A stretch of DNA of 64,000 nt from Octopus vulgaris (lineage: Eukaryota). The stretch covers positions 22,816,001-22,880,000 of the forward strand of contig OX597824.1 of the NCBI GenBank assembly GCA_951406725.2, in the 5' to 3' direction. The stretch's first letter is position 1. The number at the start of each line of letters is the position of its first letter. A program made the position numbers and the translations under genes. The notes under the pieces are model-generated. The model ran no database searches. It was not told where the DNA came from and saw nothing but the letters and a program-made list of their open reading frames with translations. Positions 26,450 to 40,523 of the stretch are shown piece by piece.

Positions 26450-27870
26450 GATGCGGGAGTTGTATGATAGTAGTAGGATGTTAAATGGTCAAGTGTCCTG
26501 AAAGTGACTTGTTGTGGATGGTAGTAGTGATTGAATTCTTGAGATATCTCTTTTGAATGTATTGTTTATAATATTTGCATAGGTGTTATTCTAAACAGCA
26601 GTTGTAGAAAAATAAGGAAGGAGGTGGCTGAGAAGAAGATGAAGAAGAAGGAGAAGGGGAAAAAGAATAATAAAAGAATGCAGGATGGTTTGATAGTTGT
26701 AGACTGTTAAATGGTCAAGTGACCTAAAAGTGACTCATTGTGGATTATAGCAGTAATTGGGACTGTTTTTAATGAATTCTTGGGTTTCTCTTTTGAATGT
26801 ATCATTTTTAGTATTTGCATGTGTGTTATTCTAAGTTTGTGGTGGATATGTCATTTGTTGTAGAAGTGTTCAAAAGAGGGTATGTATTTTGTGATAAAGA
26901 CTCTTTACTAATTCGTTGGCTACAGGTTGCATCGTCCCTGAATTGAAAGAAGGGAAAAATTCTGAAGCTTGGATTTTTTATTATTGGTGCAAATGTCGAT
27001 GTGTTGGCTGAATGCTATTTTTCTGTTTTTTAAATTTTGATCTGGGATCTGTGCAGAGCCATCCTTTGACATAGACTGTTTTTTGTTTGGCCTATGTATT
27101 GCTCTTGACACCCAAAGCAGGTTAGTGCATATATCAGGTTCTCCAAAGCACATGTGAAGCTGCTTTTCACAGTGAAACGTCCCTGTTTGAAGGAGAAGTC
27201 TGATCCCTCAATTAAATTGATGCATATCCCATAGTTGGGTCTTCCGCATTTTTTTACTGCTGGCTTCATTGTTGTTGCTGAGCCTATTCGAGTTTGTGTT
27301 AGGAAACTTTTCATAGATTTGGGCTGTCTCTTGCTTTTTATGATGGTGTGTGTTTGGAGGATTGAGTTCATTCTGTGGTCCTTTCTTAGCAGGGGAATGT
27401 TTTGAAAGATGGTGTTGAAGGCTTCATTGTTAAGAGGGTTGTGTCTGGAGATGTATGGTAGGGCTTTTGGTTGTAAATCCTTCTTTAATTTGGAATGTCT
27501 GAAATCGTGGATGTTGTGTTGTAGGGCACATTGAAGGCATATGTCAATTAGTGAAGGTGGTTAGTTCCTGGTGATGAGTGTATCCTTTAGTTCCTGTAGT
27601 CATGTGTCCCTGGTGCTTGCGTTAGAAACTATAGTACAGACCCTTTTTGCTAGGTTGAAAGGGATATTCATTCTGGTGCATCTGGGGTGGCATGAGTTGT
27701 ATGGTAGTTATTGCTTGGAGTCTGTGGGCTTATAGTATATATCTGATTCTATTACGTTGTTAGCTTTCTTAATGCGGATGTCGAAGAAGGAAAGTTGTTG
27801 ATGGCTATATTCCATCGTGAATTGAATGTTTACATCAATTTCCATTTATAAGTGCTTGAAATTCTTTAAG
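26450..27870 (-). pseudogene. Penelope-like retroelement: RT thumb, GIY-YIG endonuclease and duplicated 3' region
   Basis: NIQFTME....LSFFDI.I......SDIYYKPTDSKQ*L.Y.SCHP....NIPFNLAKR.C.I, then KCGRP...IC....FTC...NLIY.LTC..C..QYIGQT...L.QRM..HR. 26455-26595 is directly duplicated at 26685-26835. Confidence 0.9.
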
Positions 27871-27993
27871 TATCTCTATACCATATATGTGTGTGTGTGT
27901 ATGTATATGTGTGTGTGCATGTATATAGCTATATATATATATACATGGAAATATATATACATGAATATATATATATATACATACATATATATA

Positions 27994-28327
27994 TGAAGGT
28001 GCATGGCTCAGTGATTAGAGCGTTGAGCTTACAATCGCGAGGTTGTGAGTTCGAATCCCGGACCGGGCTGTATGTTGTGTTTTTGAGCAAGACACTTTAT
28101 TTCACGTTGCTGCAATTCACTCAGCTGTAGAAATGAGTTGCGATGTTACAGGTGCCAAGCTGTATCGGCCTTTGCCTATCCCTTGGATAACATCAGTGGC
28201 ATGGAAGGGAGAGGCCGGTATGCATGGATGACTGCTGGTCTTCCATAAACAATCTTGCCCGGACATGTGCCTGGGAGGGTAACTTCCTAGGTGCAATCCC
28301 ATGGTCAGTCATGACTGAAGTGGGTCT
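27994..28327 (+). mobile_element. SINE family F
   Basis: Full-length, with A box tggctcagtg and B box agttcgaatcc. Confidence 0.85.
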
Positions 28328-28348
28328 CAACAATCAACATATATATAC

Positions 28349-28499
<151 letters not shown>

Positions 28500-28810
28500 G
28501 TAATTTTGGGGACAAATGGGCATATATCAATTAGTATGCTGATGTGTTGAGTAAAGCACTGGCACAGTTTGGGTTACCTAGTGTCATCCACAGTTGGGGT
28601 GTATTTCTGTTGGATCCACTTCAGGAATTCTGCAGGGGTGGTCGAGATGATAATCGATGAAGGAAACAGATGAATTTGGTATTAGCCTTTATTGTATAAG
28701 ACAATCATTTCGACCCATCCTGCTGGCTTATGGGAAAAAATAAAAACATGACTACCTGAACTCAAGTTTTTCAGAGAGACACCATTTTATGTATGAATTT
28801 TATGTATGTC

Positions 28811-29138
28811 TGAAGGTGTGTGGCTTAGTGGTTAGGGGCATTCGGCTCATGATCGTAAGATTGTGAGTTCAATTCCTGGTGGCATGTTGTGTTCTTGAGC
28901 AAGACACTTTATCCCACGTTGCTCCAGTCCACTCAGCAGGCAAAAATGAGTAGTACCTGTATCTCAAAAGGGCCAGCCTTGTCACACTCTGTGTCACGCT
29001 AAGTCTTCCTGAGAGCTACGTTAAGGGTACGCGTGTCCGTGGAGTGCTCAGCCACTTGCACGTTAATTTCACGAGCAAGCTTGTTCCATCGATCGTATCA
29101 GCTGGGACCCTCGTCGTCGCAACCGACGGGGTGCTCCT
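28811..29138 (+). mobile_element. Hybrid SINE family H (CORE-type head, family A 3' half)
   Basis: F/G-like head and CORE block, then gtacctgtat.tcaaa.gggcc.gccttgtcac... matching the family A tail. Second copy at 46318-46883. Confidence 0.75.
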
Positions 29139-30209
29139 ATGTATGAATAAAGAATAAACCTGATGTGAGCCAGATTGCAAAATTGATGCTATACAATATA
29201 AATGCACAGCATCCCACCTATAAGGGACAGTCACAGGATTGGTTGAAACAATCGTCATATGCAAATAAAGACTAATACCAAACCCATTTTCTGTTTCCTT
29301 AATAGATTATACACACACAGACACACAGACACACACACATATATATCATCATCATCATCATCATTGCTTAATGTCCATTTCCCATGCTGGTTTGGTTACT
29401 GTTTGTGTAACACTACTTTTATATGTTTCCTATTTGGAAATAGATAATAAAAATATTTTATTTTTGAAGTAGGAATATATACTGATAAACACATCACTTA
29501 TGAACTTACTTATAAGTTCTTTTATTATTATTATTATTATTATACATAAATCCTGACTCCAGCTGCAAGAAATATTTACTCTAAAATGCTAATGGACATT
29601 TTATGCATGCATGTATGTTGAAGATAAATATATTCGTGTTCTTTTAACCGCTATAAAAAAACACATTTTCATAATTGCCGAAATAAATTTCAGTAACAAG
29701 TTGAAGAACGTGAAGAAAGAGAAAATAATTACTACATTAGTTTAAGTATGTACATTTAGCATTTCTAGTACAATTAGAAAGTAAAGTCATTTTGTCGTAG
29801 AGAATTACGACTTAAAATTCACACAAGCTAATCCTTCATACCAACTACTAGAGTTCACAACAATTCAAATAAGTCTTGTTGGATTTTTATCATAGACATG
29901 GGATAAAAAATAGCCAATATCTCAATGAGTAAGTGTAGTGGAATTTAGTACATCCAACTATCACTATTGTGAGTGTTGTGGAGTTTAGTAACATCCTACG
30001 ATTACTGAGTAATTTCCCAAAAATCAGGGTTTTTATAACTGCTCATATCTGAATTCTAAGAACTGTATTTCGTGAAAGATTTCTTTGACTAAAGTTTAGA
30101 ATTCATATGTGAGTAGTAATTTTAACCAATGGGATACCAACAATAATGCTTGTTCGGGTAAATGACCATTACATCATATTGCTACCTTTTATGACTTGCT
30201 ACACTGGCA

Positions 30210-31013
30210 TCGGTTGGACGGTTTGACTGAGGACTGGCAAGCCAGGAGGCTGCGCCAGGCTCCAATCTGATCTGGTAATGTTTCTACAGCTGGATGCCCT
30301 TCCTAACGCCAACCACTCCGAGAGTGTTGTGGATGCTTTTTAAGTGCCACTGGCGTGAGGGCCAGTCAGGCGGGCCTGGCATCAATCATGTTTAGATAGA
30401 TAGTGCATTTTATGTGTTACTGGCATGGGAACCAGTCAGGGGCCACTGGCGTCGACTGTGTTGGAATGATGCATTTTACATACCATTGGCATGGGGAGCC
30501 AGTCAGGGGGCACTGGCCACAGCTACGATTTTGGTTTTACTTGACTCAACAGGTCTTCTCAAACATATCATCAAAGGTACTCTTAAATGGGCTGGACATG
30601 CAACAATGGCATTGACCATGGTTGCAATGGGTCTTCTCAATCACAGTATATCTCCAAAGATCTTGGTCTCCTGTCATTCCCTCTCTGAGACCCAATGTTC
30701 GAAGGTCATACTTCACTACCTCATCCCATGTCCTCCTGGGTCTACCTCTTTCACAGGTTCATTCCACAGTTAAGTTGTGGCACTTCCTCACACAGCTGTC
30801 CTCATCCATACATAACACATGATCATACAAGTGCAATAATCTCTCTTGCACATGACATTTGATGCTTCTTATGTCTAAATTTTCTCTTGGGGCACTCACA
30901 CTTTGTTGTGTATGCGCACTAACATTACACATCAAGCAGATCATACTAGCTTCATTTCTTTCAAGCCTCTGCATGTTCTCAGCAGTCATGGCCCATGTTT
31001 CCCTGCCATGTAG
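30210..31013 (-). mobile_element. RTE-related LINE 3' end (ORF C-terminus plus family D 3' UTR)
   Basis: LHGRETWAMT.E...RLERNEASM...MCNVS......LRE.L.IRSI.C.VQERL....HV..MDEDS.V.KC..L.VE. Second ORF fragment at 31835-32160(-). Confidence 0.85.
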
Positions 31014-31258
31014 TATATATATTTTTTTTTTCAATCCAAACAGTTTCCTTTAAAGGGATAGAAAACACCCAATTTTCCACTGGTTCTTCAGTTAAATATC
31101 AAATATTGCAGAGAAAAACTTATCACAATTCAAAAGGGTGTATATTCAATATAGAATTATGAAAAGAAAATAGGGATATACGATTGACATATTATAAATT
31201 CAATTTATTAACATTATAATATAATATAACAAATAAGAATACAAAAACAAATATTAAT

Positions 31259-31335
31259 CCTACAATTTGTTTCGATTCATACCCAATAATGAATTTATAA
31301 AAAATTCATGTTTATAGGTATGAATCTCATCAGGG
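31259..31335 (-). ncRNA. Type-I hammerhead ribozyme motif, canonical core
   Basis: Minus strand: cc-CTGATGA-gattcatacc-[loop with atgaattt/aaattcat hairpin]-ggtatgaatc-GAAA-caaattg-TA-gg; perfect 10-bp stem II closed by G-C. Confidence 0.8.
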
Positions 31336-32270
31336 TAATATTTGCTATAAATCAGACAAAATTCCATGCAAGGATTGCTGACTCATAGAATAAATTGAAT
31401 TAAATATACTTTTGTTTGTAAGCATGAGCGTTAATAATTTTACGATATAATCATCATCATCATCATTATTTAATGTCTGTTTCCATGCTAGCATGGGTTG
31501 GACAGTTCAACCGGGTTCTGGGAAGCCAGGAGGCTGCACCAGGCTCCAGTCTGATCTGGCAGTCTCATGGTCGAGGGATCATGGGTTTGAATCTGAGACT
31601 GGGCGATGCATGTTTTTATGAGCGAAACACCTAAGCTCCACACATCTCTGGCAGAAGGTAATGGTGAACTTCTGCTGACTCTTTTGCCACAACTTTCTCT
31701 CACTCTTTCCTAGCAGCTCACCTGCGAGAGACTGGCGTCTCATCCAAGTGGGGAAACTATACACCAATGGAACCAGGAAACCGGCCCTTATGAGCCAGGC
31801 ATGGCTCGAGAAGGAACAAACAACAACAATATAATTACATTATCACCATCACACCCTGTGTCTTCCTGGATCTACCTCTACCACAGTTTCCCTCCACAGT
31901 TAGAGACTGGCACTTCTTTATACAGCTGTCCACATCTATGTGCATTGCATGACTATAACAGCATAGTCGTCTCTCTTGCACACCACATACGTTGCCTCTT
32001 ATGCCCAACTCTTCTCTCAAGATGTTGTACATGCACACTGGCATTGTACATCCAGTGAAGCATACTGGTTTCATTTTTTTCAAGCCTACACATATCCTCG
32101 ACTGTCACAGTCCATGTTTCACTGCCATGTAGCATAGCTGTTCACATACAGGCCTCATACGATCTTACAAACTCCTCTTACAATGCTTAATATATTCTCC
32201 TCTCACCAGGCACAAGCACAACATTTTCGCCTCTCACACACTAGCTATTGATATTCAGCATTGCAGCTTT

Positions 32271-32655
32271 TTATTTCTTTACTGCCCACAAGGGGCTACA
32301 CACAGAGAGGATAAACAAGGACAGACAAACGGATTAAGTCGATTATATCGATCCCAGTGCATAACTGGTATGTATTTAATCGACCCCCGGCGGAATTTGA
32401 AATCAGAATTTAATGGCAGATGAAATACCTATTTCTTTACTTCCCACAAGGGGCTAAACACAGAGAGGATAAACAAGGACAGACAAACGGATTAAGTTGA
32501 CTACATCGACCCCAGTACTTAACTGGTACTTAATTTATCGACCCCAAATGGATAAAAGGCAAAGTCAACCTTGGTGGAATTTGAACCCAGAACGTAACGG
32601 CAGACGAAATATCGCTAAGCATTTCACCCGGCATGCTAACGTTTCTGCCAGCTGG
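32271..32655 (-). mobile_element. SINE family B dimer
   Basis: Same aaagaaata|ggtatttc junction as the other dimers. Confidence 0.8.
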
Positions 32656-32887
32656 CAGCATTGCAGCTTCTGCAAAAGTGAGTTTGTAACTGTGTCAGTG
32701 ACACATAAAAGCACCCATGCAGTGCCACATAGAAGCACCCAGCACATTCTGTAAAGTGGTTGGCATTAGGAAGGGCATCCAGCTATAGAAACCATGCCAA
32801 ATCAGACTGGAGCCTAGTGCAGTGCCTCCGCTTGCCAGGTCTGATCAAACAGTCCAACCCGTGCCAGCATGGAAGACAGACGTTAAA

Positions 32888-33105
32888 TGATGATGATGAT
32901 GATGATGATGATGGTGTTGTTGTTGTTGTTGTTGGCGGTGGTGGTGGTGGTGGTGGTGGTGGTGGTGGTGGTGATGATGATGGTGATGGTGGTGATGGTG
33001 GTGATGATGATGATGATGACGATGAGGATGACGATGATGATGATGATGATGGTGGTGGTGTTGGTGGTGTTGGTGATGGTGATGATGATGATGATGATGA
33101 TGAGG
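32888..33105. repeat. (GAT)n/(GGT)n/(GTT)n compound microsatellite grown from a family D tail
   Basis: Direct reading. Confidence 0.9.
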
Positions 33106-33469
33106 ATCTGTAAATAATCATGTTACTATAATCTAAATAGTGTGATTGGTTTTATTTGAAAGCAGTACATAGCCAGACCAAATAATCTAGGTCCCAACTA
33201 GCTAAGACTGCAGCTGTGCCAGCACCTGCAATTAGAGTGAAGATATAACAGAGAGAAAATGGAAAAAAAGAAGAGGAATTGGTCTCCATACAGTACTTTC
33301 AGAGAGTCCTATATTGGACCCTGAAAAGATAAAATGTAAAGAATTAACCTTAGAAGGATTTGAACTCAGAACATAGAGAGCTGGCAAAATTGCCACAGGG
33401 CATTCAATTCGACCCCCTAATAATCCTGCCAAATGTATGTATGTACATATTTGTATGTATGTATGTAGG

Positions 33470-33503
<34 letters not shown>

Positions 33504-35099
33504 CGTATGTACGTACATATGTATGTATGTATGTATGAATTCATGCATGTACGTACATACGTAGGTATGTATGCATATACGTATGTATATATGTATGTAT
33601 GTTTATGTATGTAGGTATATATGTGTGGGCATGTATGTGTATGCATGTATGTTTGTGTATGTATCTTATGTGTGTGTATGTATGTGTATGCATCTTATAC
33701 CTGTGTATGCATGTATGAACGTGCTTGCATGTGTGTGTATATGTATGTATGCATGGCTGGCTGGCTGGCTGGCTGGCTGGATAGCTATAATAAAACTGAA
33801 GTGTCTTTGTATAAATATTTTCATTTGTATATTTAATATTTATTACTGTAATATCTAATGACATTGGATAAAAATCTGGATTTCCAGGAAACTGGTGAAG
33901 CTATCAGCAACAATGGTAATAAAATCCAAACGCATTTTTGCCATGTTAGTCTGACATTTGGAAAACATGTATTTCTCTCTCCCTTCCTCTCTATCTTTCC
34001 CTGTCATCCCCTTTCTTCCACATTTCTATATCCCATATTCACTGTAATTATCTCCTCATCCTCTCCCTACATTTTAACATAGTTGCTTCCTCTTCCTTCA
34101 GCTATTAATTGACAACTCTGACAAAGGACTAATATCCAAAATGTCAAAGCTTTTTCATTCCTTGTGGCAACCAAATTTATTGACACCTGCGAACTTTCCT
34201 TGATTTACTAACATAACCAATCATGCTAATGATTATAGATAGACTCAGTAGTACAGCTACAGTGCATGTTATCTGAGGCAACCCTTGAATTAGTTATAAA
34301 ATCTATTGGAGCCTCAGACTGTGTTGGAGAGAAGAACTGATGGTGGAAGTTCTAATGTTTATATTTATGGTACTACCCACCAGTATCCAAGCATACATTT
34401 CTTTTCATGTAGGCAGGATCAGAAAATTTCATTTTGATAGTTTAGGTAGGTATCCAGGAGAGAGTTCTGTAGTATAGTTCATTTCTCTGCCAAGCATAGC
34501 CTGCACTTTCTACTGCTATTAAAGTAAGGCTTGCACTTCTCCACTACTCGCCACTTGATGCTGTGACAATTCTTTAGTCTGTAGTACAATCTGTAGTATT
34601 TTCTTTCAATGATTATATGTGACCTTTCCACTGAAAAGAATCACCTGGAATGGGTTTCTCTACTATGGTTTTACCACTAAGAAAGGATTGTTCTCAAGAA
34701 AATTTAGCAAACACCAGAACGTAAGCGAGCTAGACAAATGAAAAGATACAAAATAAAGATTAATCACAAACCCGATTTTGTTGTTACCACTTACATAATT
34801 ACTTACATAATTGTCCGCAACTCATCAGTGTAATTGTCAGAGCAAAAGTGCTAGTGTGTGTGTGGAGTGGTGTGGGATGGTGTGGGGTAGGGTGATGTGA
34901 TGTGGTGGTGTGGTGTAGTGGTTTGGGGATGTGGGGTTGGCAGTGAGTGCAGGGATGGGGTATGTGGAAGTAGGATGTGTGGGAGTGGGGTATGTGGGAG
35001 TGGCATGTGTGGGGGTGGGTGTAGATGGAAGGGGGTATCAATGAAGAGAGAAGATGGATAGGAGTGAAGAGAGGAAGTAGGTATCAGATGAAGAGCGGA

Positions 35100-35570
35100 G
35101 GGGAGTTGAGCCCATGTGGCACAAAAGAACAAAGTAAGAAGATTAATTCCTGTTCATTGTAAATGTGGGAATCCAGATGGCTACACAGACAGGTGTAGAG
35201 AATGACCGGTAGAGCGGAAATGGTATGAGGCCGGGGTGTCATTGTCACATCTGATGTCAGTCAAGTGGCGTCCCATTTGACTGATGTACAGAGAAGGGCA
35301 GAAAGAGCAGGAGGGGCAGTAAATGACATTGCTAGACGTGCATGTAAAGGAGTCAGTGATATGATAGGGACGATTATTGGTACCTGTGAGGATGGTGGTG
35401 TTGGAGAGGTAGGGGCAAGTGCAGAAGCATGGGTGGGAGCAGGGGAACAAGCCAGGTTGGGAGGTGGGGTTAAGGAAGAAACTGTGGACCAATTCATGCA
35501 GGTTGTGGGCTCGTTTGAAGGAGGGAAGGGGTGGGTTGGGGAAGATGTGCAAAGTGGAGGGGCTGGACTA
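35100..35570 (-). pseudogene. Penelope-like GIY-YIG endonuclease fragment (second subfamily)
   Basis: PP..SFKR..NL...LV.S......PG.FPC..P...TCPY......I...FTC.SSNVIYC..C..C..LYI.Q.GR.L. Confidence 0.85.
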
Positions 35571-35578
35571 TATATATA

Positions 35579-36859
35579 CAGGGTGCAATGGGTAAATTGT
35601 TGCTCTTTTATATTTTTAATTTCGTGCATGTACATTGTTTGTTTTTGATTTTGTCGACTACACAGTATAGTAGGGTCAGTTGAGCACTGCTAGTGGGAAA
35701 AAGAGCACCATGACACAATTCTCTCTGCCATAAATTTGGAAATGACATGCTGTACTGCTTGGCATTAGTGTCGGAATCTCCAATACAAACATTTCAGAGT
35801 GTTTAGGTGTCAATCTGAGGATAGTGCAGAGGATTTGGAAAGAGCTGGATGAGTCTAACAGCTCAGAAAACTCACTCTGATTGTTCTAAGAAAAGAACTC
35901 CTGAATTTGTTTATGAGATCCAAGCCATAATTGACAACGATCTCTCCAAGTCAATCAGGTCTATTACCTAGGACATGGGAGTGTCTGTGGTCCTTATCAG
36001 GCAGGTAATGCATGAAGACATTTGGTATTCCTCATACAAGATGAGAAAGGGACAATTTTTACCCCAAGCCATCTAGGACAAGAGGAAAGACCATGCTACA
36101 AAGCTTTTAAACAAGCTCAAGCATCCTTTCCAACCAAACATGCTTTGTTATTTCTCAGACGAGAAAAATTTCGGCCAGAATCAGATGGTGAACACACATC
36201 ACAACTATTGGCTTGTCGTGTCCCCAAAAACATGTACCGAGAGAGATAAAAATCAAACATCCTCTCAACATATTGGTATTTGGAGTGATCACTAGTGGTG
36301 GTGACATTATGCCTGCATTTATTTTTCCCATGTGGCCTGAGACTCAACACTGAGGCCTATATCAAGTGCCTGGAGGAGGTAGTGCTGCCCTGGGTTAAGA
36401 GTGGCTGATCGAAGACCCTATGTAAAAGCAACAGGACTCTGCACCATGCCACACAAGCAGGAGAACCCAGTCATGACTGTCAGACATTTTCTGTGACCAC
36501 ATCACCCCTAACATCTGGCCACCTAACTCCCCAGACTGCAGCCTTCTTGATTATTATGTGTGGGAGCAGTTGAGCGAGAGATTAACAAAACTCCTCATAA
36601 CACTAAAGATGAATTAAAGGCAAAAATTATGGCAGCATTCACCAACTTAAACAAGGAGACCACCCAGAAGAGTTCCGGGAGATTCTGAATTCATCTGGGG
36701 GCCGTGGTTGAAGCCAATGATGATTTTATTGAATAAATTTCCTCTTTAGTATTTGAAGATATTTTTATGTAATTTTGGTAAATATATCTGTTAAAATGAG
36801 AAGTCAATGTTATTATCATTTTTGCATAATGTAGATGACAGTTTATTCACCGCACCCTG
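35579..36859 (+). mobile_element. Decayed Tc1/mariner transposon, maT/DD37D-like
   Basis: TA|cagggtgcaatgggtaaattgt ... acagtttattcaccgcaccctg|TA TIRs. Fragments FSDEK.F, QQDSAP.H, WPPNSPDC..LDYYVW, AVVEANDDFIE* with many frameshifts. A 3' scrap also at ~53360-53445. Confidence 0.8.
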
Positions 36860-36912
36860 TATACACACACACACACACATGCACACAGTACACACACACA
36901 GAGGCACACACG

Positions 36913-36952
<40 letters not shown>

Positions 36953-37206
36953 ATTAGATAGAAAAATAAGATTAAAAAATCCAGGTAGATATCAATTAAG
37001 CAATCAATAGAAAAGAATATAGTTAAATTTCCAATGCCAGTAAATCTAAGCAGAATGCAAATCCCAGGTAAATCCTCATTAACGACAGGTAAATCTGACA
37101 ATCCTTTTGTGGAATTTCAAAAAATTCAGAGTATTTAACAACATCAAATAATATGAATGAAGAAAATCATATCTTTATTTTAGATCTCACCTTAAAAATG
37201 GTTTCA

Positions 37207-37243
<37 letters not shown>

Positions 37244-37500
37244 ATAGTTATCGCCATACTAATATGGCATTCTTATAAAAATAAGAAAAAATATTAGCTC
37301 CATGAGGCCATCGCCTTAAGTTAGCTATTTGATACACAAACTGTATCCATATAACCTTCGAACAAGGGAGGTCAGTCGCTCCACACTACTTGTATGTATG
37401 TATGTATGTATGTATGTATGTATATGTTACCTGCCACTCTTTGGGTCTTCTAGACACCTCTCATGCATATATATATATATATATATACATATATAAAAGA

Positions 37501-38375
37501 CAGAGATCATGGGCCAGGACGTCGGAGGGGTCCCCAGCATCAGTGTCGGCGACCACAGCTTGTAGGTGGTGAACGAGTCCACTTACCTGGGATCGATGGT
37601 CTCCAGCAGCCTGTCCCTCGAGCCAGAGCTGAACAGACAGATTGGGAAGGCTGCTGCTGCCATGGCTAAGCTCTCCAGGAGAGTGTGGGAAAACAACATG
37701 CTCACAATAACCACCAAGATCGCAGTGTACCGAGCCTGCGTGCTGAGCACCCTACTCTACGGCAGCGAGAGCTGGACAACATATACCTGGCAAGAATGCC
37801 GCCTTAGCGGCTTCCACATGCAGTGTCTTCGACGGATCCTTGGCATCTCCTGGAAGGACCGAGTACAAAACGGAGTCATCCTAGAACAGACTAATATGCC
37901 AAGAATGCATGCCCTCCCCGTGCGGAGACGACTGCACTGGCTCGGACACGTCTGCTGCATGCAGGACGGTTGCATGCCTAAAGACATCCTGTACAGCAAA
38001 CTCACTACGGGATCCCGACCCAAGGGACGTCCACAGCTACGATACAGGGATGTGTGCAAGCGCGACCTGAGGACTGCCAACATCTGTGTGGACACGTGGG
38101 AGGTAACAGCTGCTGACCGCTCTGCCTGGCGTCGGACAGTGAGGAAAGGCGTTTCCATGGCTGAGGAAAGGAGAGCACAGCTGTGGTCGGACAGGCGGGA
38201 CAGGAGGAGGACAACTGCAGCAACAGCCCACATGTACCCATCGATGTTCGTGTGCAGCAACTGTACCAGGGACTGCCACTCTAGAATTGGACTGTTCAGT
38301 CACAGCAGACGCTGCTCATCATCAAAGTAGGCCCCACCCTTGGCGCGACCCATTGTCTATCAAGACAGACGGGGG
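37501..38375 (+). mobile_element. RTE (BovB-like) LINE 3' fragment, second subfamily
   Basis: ORF 37566-38330: TYLGS, IGKAAAAM..L..RVW.N, YRACVLSTLLYGSE.W, WLGHV..M.DG, Cxx[12 protein letters not shown]; 3' hairpin attgtctatcaagacag. Confidence 0.9.
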
Positions 38376-38722
38376 AAAAAAGAAGAGATATACATATATA
38401 CATACATATATATACATATATATATACATATATATATACATATATATATACACACATAAATATACATACATATCCATACACACATATACATACATACATA
38501 GATATATATATATAGATATACGAATATACATACATATATATATATATATATATACACACATACATACACATATATACATAAATATATGTGTGTATATATA
38601 ATGTGTAAAATTTGAATGAAATCAGTTGGATACTTCTCAAGTTTTAGTGATGCACACATACAGACAAACACACACATTCAAAGCGTTATATATTATATAT
38701 GTGTTATATATTATATATATTA

Positions 38723-39135
38723 GGCGGCGAGCTGGCAGAGACGTTAGCACGCCGGGCGAAGTGCTTCGCGGTATTTTGCCCATCGCTACGTTCTGAGTTC
38801 AAATTCCGCCGAGGTCGACTTTGCCTTTCATCCTTTCGGGGTTGATAAATTAAGTACCAGTTACGCACTGGGGTCGATGTAATCGACTTAATCCGTGTGT
38901 CTGTCCTTGTTTGTCCCCTCTATGTTTAGCCCCTTGTGGGTAGTAAAGAAATAGGTATTTCGTCTGTCGTTACGTTCTGAGTTCAAATTCTGCCGAGGTC
39001 GACTTTGCCTTTCATCCTTTCGGGGTCGATAAATTAAGTACCAGTTACGCACTGGGGTCGATGTAATCGACTTAATCCGTGTGTCTGTCCTTGTTTGTCC
39101 CCTCTATGTTTAGCCCCTTGTGGGTAGTAAAGAAA
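38723..39135 (+). mobile_element. SINE family B, head plus two near-identical bodies
   Basis: Body 38770-38953 is repeated at 38954-39135. Confidence 0.9.
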
Positions 39136-39164
39136 CGTATATTATATATGTGTGTGTGTGTGTG

Positions 39165-39203
<39 letters not shown>

Positions 39204-39504
39204 TATTACCACAGCGCCAGAACTATAAAAAAAAAACACCACTACACCACTCGTATACCAATCGTAATACTACAATGCCTACCACCACCACCACCACCAC
39301 CACCACCATAATCAGCACCATCACTATCCCCCATCATGTTCACCACCACCACCACAATCGCTGTTGCAGCATTCTGACCCATTAATGAGAAAAAGCAAGA
39401 CAGATGAAATATTATAACAGACTTCTATGTAATTGTATACAGCGTTGGTTGTTTGTAAAATGTCTACATCAAAGCATGTTGCGAACTGTGTATGTGTATG
39501 TGTA

Positions 39505-39539
<35 letters not shown>

Positions 39540-39637
39540 ATATGAGTATATCATAAGATTTGAACATGCAGTAGCATATACATATGTGTGTGTGTGTATT
39601 ACATACAGTTTTGTGATATATATATATATATATATAT

Positions 39638-40282
39638 TTTTTTTTTCTAGTTTCAGCTCAGAGCTGCGGCCATGCTGATGCACCACCGTTTTGTGCTACA
39701 CTGTTATTGCAACGAACCTCGTCTAATGTGTGGCACTTGGTGGAGAATGGAGTTTGATAGAGCTACTCTCATTTGCACCTTTTGCCGTGAGGTAGGTTCA
39801 TCTGGGACTCTTGAGAGGAAGATGTCCAGCTTTGATTTAAAAACCGCTACATCTATTTTGTGCAAGTTCCTCAGACTCTTTGGGAGAATATTAAAAAGCT
39901 GTGGGCCCTTGAAACCCAGGCTGTTGCAGAAGCTGGTCCTGAAGCGTGATGGCATTGCTGGGTTTCTTTGGCACTATGCAGTGTCGTCCCGTTCTAGCAT
40001 TGGTGTAGCTTACAATGCCAAAATTTGGCACAATTCCTTCCAGGATCTTCCAGACATATATTACTGCATACCTCTCCCGTCTTCTCTCCAGGGAGTAGAG
40101 TCTTAGCTGTTTCAACCTTTCCCAGTAGCTGAGCTGTTGCAAAGAGACGATCTTCTTTGTGAATCTTCTCTGGATTGCTTCAAGGTCCGCTGTTAATTTT
40201 ACACTGGTGGGTGACCATAGCTGTGAGCAGTAATCCAGGCGACTGAGGACGAATGTCCACCAGAGGACCATCATAGTTTCCT

Positions 40283-40284
<2 letters not shown>
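39638..40284 (-). pseudogene. CR1-like LINE 3' end with poly(A)
   Basis: [12 protein letters not shown]......LEAIQRRFTK.I......[18 protein letters not shown] / GPQLFN.LP..LR......FK..LD.FL...PD.P; ends ggtgcatcagcatggccgcagctctgagctgaaactag(A)n. Confidence 0.9.
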
Positions 40285-40344
<60 letters not shown>

Positions 40345-40482
40345 CTGCTTGGAATCGAATTCAGCATCTTGGGGTTAGTAGTCCTCACTCTTAACCACTA
40401 CACCATATGCCCACGGGCATATGGTATAGTGGTTAAGAGTATGAGCTACTAACCCCAAGATTTCAAGTTCGATTCCAAGCAG
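40345..40482. repeat. Head-to-head inverted pair of tRNA-like sequences
   Basis: gggcatatggtatagtggttaagagtatgagctactaaccccaagatttcaagttcgattccaagcag (A box, anticodon-like arm, GTTCGA B box) and its reverse complement, separated by 2 nt. Confidence 0.8.
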
Positions 40483-40485
40483 GGA

Positions 40486-40523
<38 letters not shown>

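Noticed and set aside
29600-30180. Possible additional Penelope ORF fragment
   Set aside because: Could not obtain a recognisable motif in the frames tried by eye.
32760-33121. Poly-D/G/S/P ORFs, and the similar ones at 26200-26501 and 63042-63939
   Set aside because: Trinucleotide microsatellites expanded from retroelement tails.
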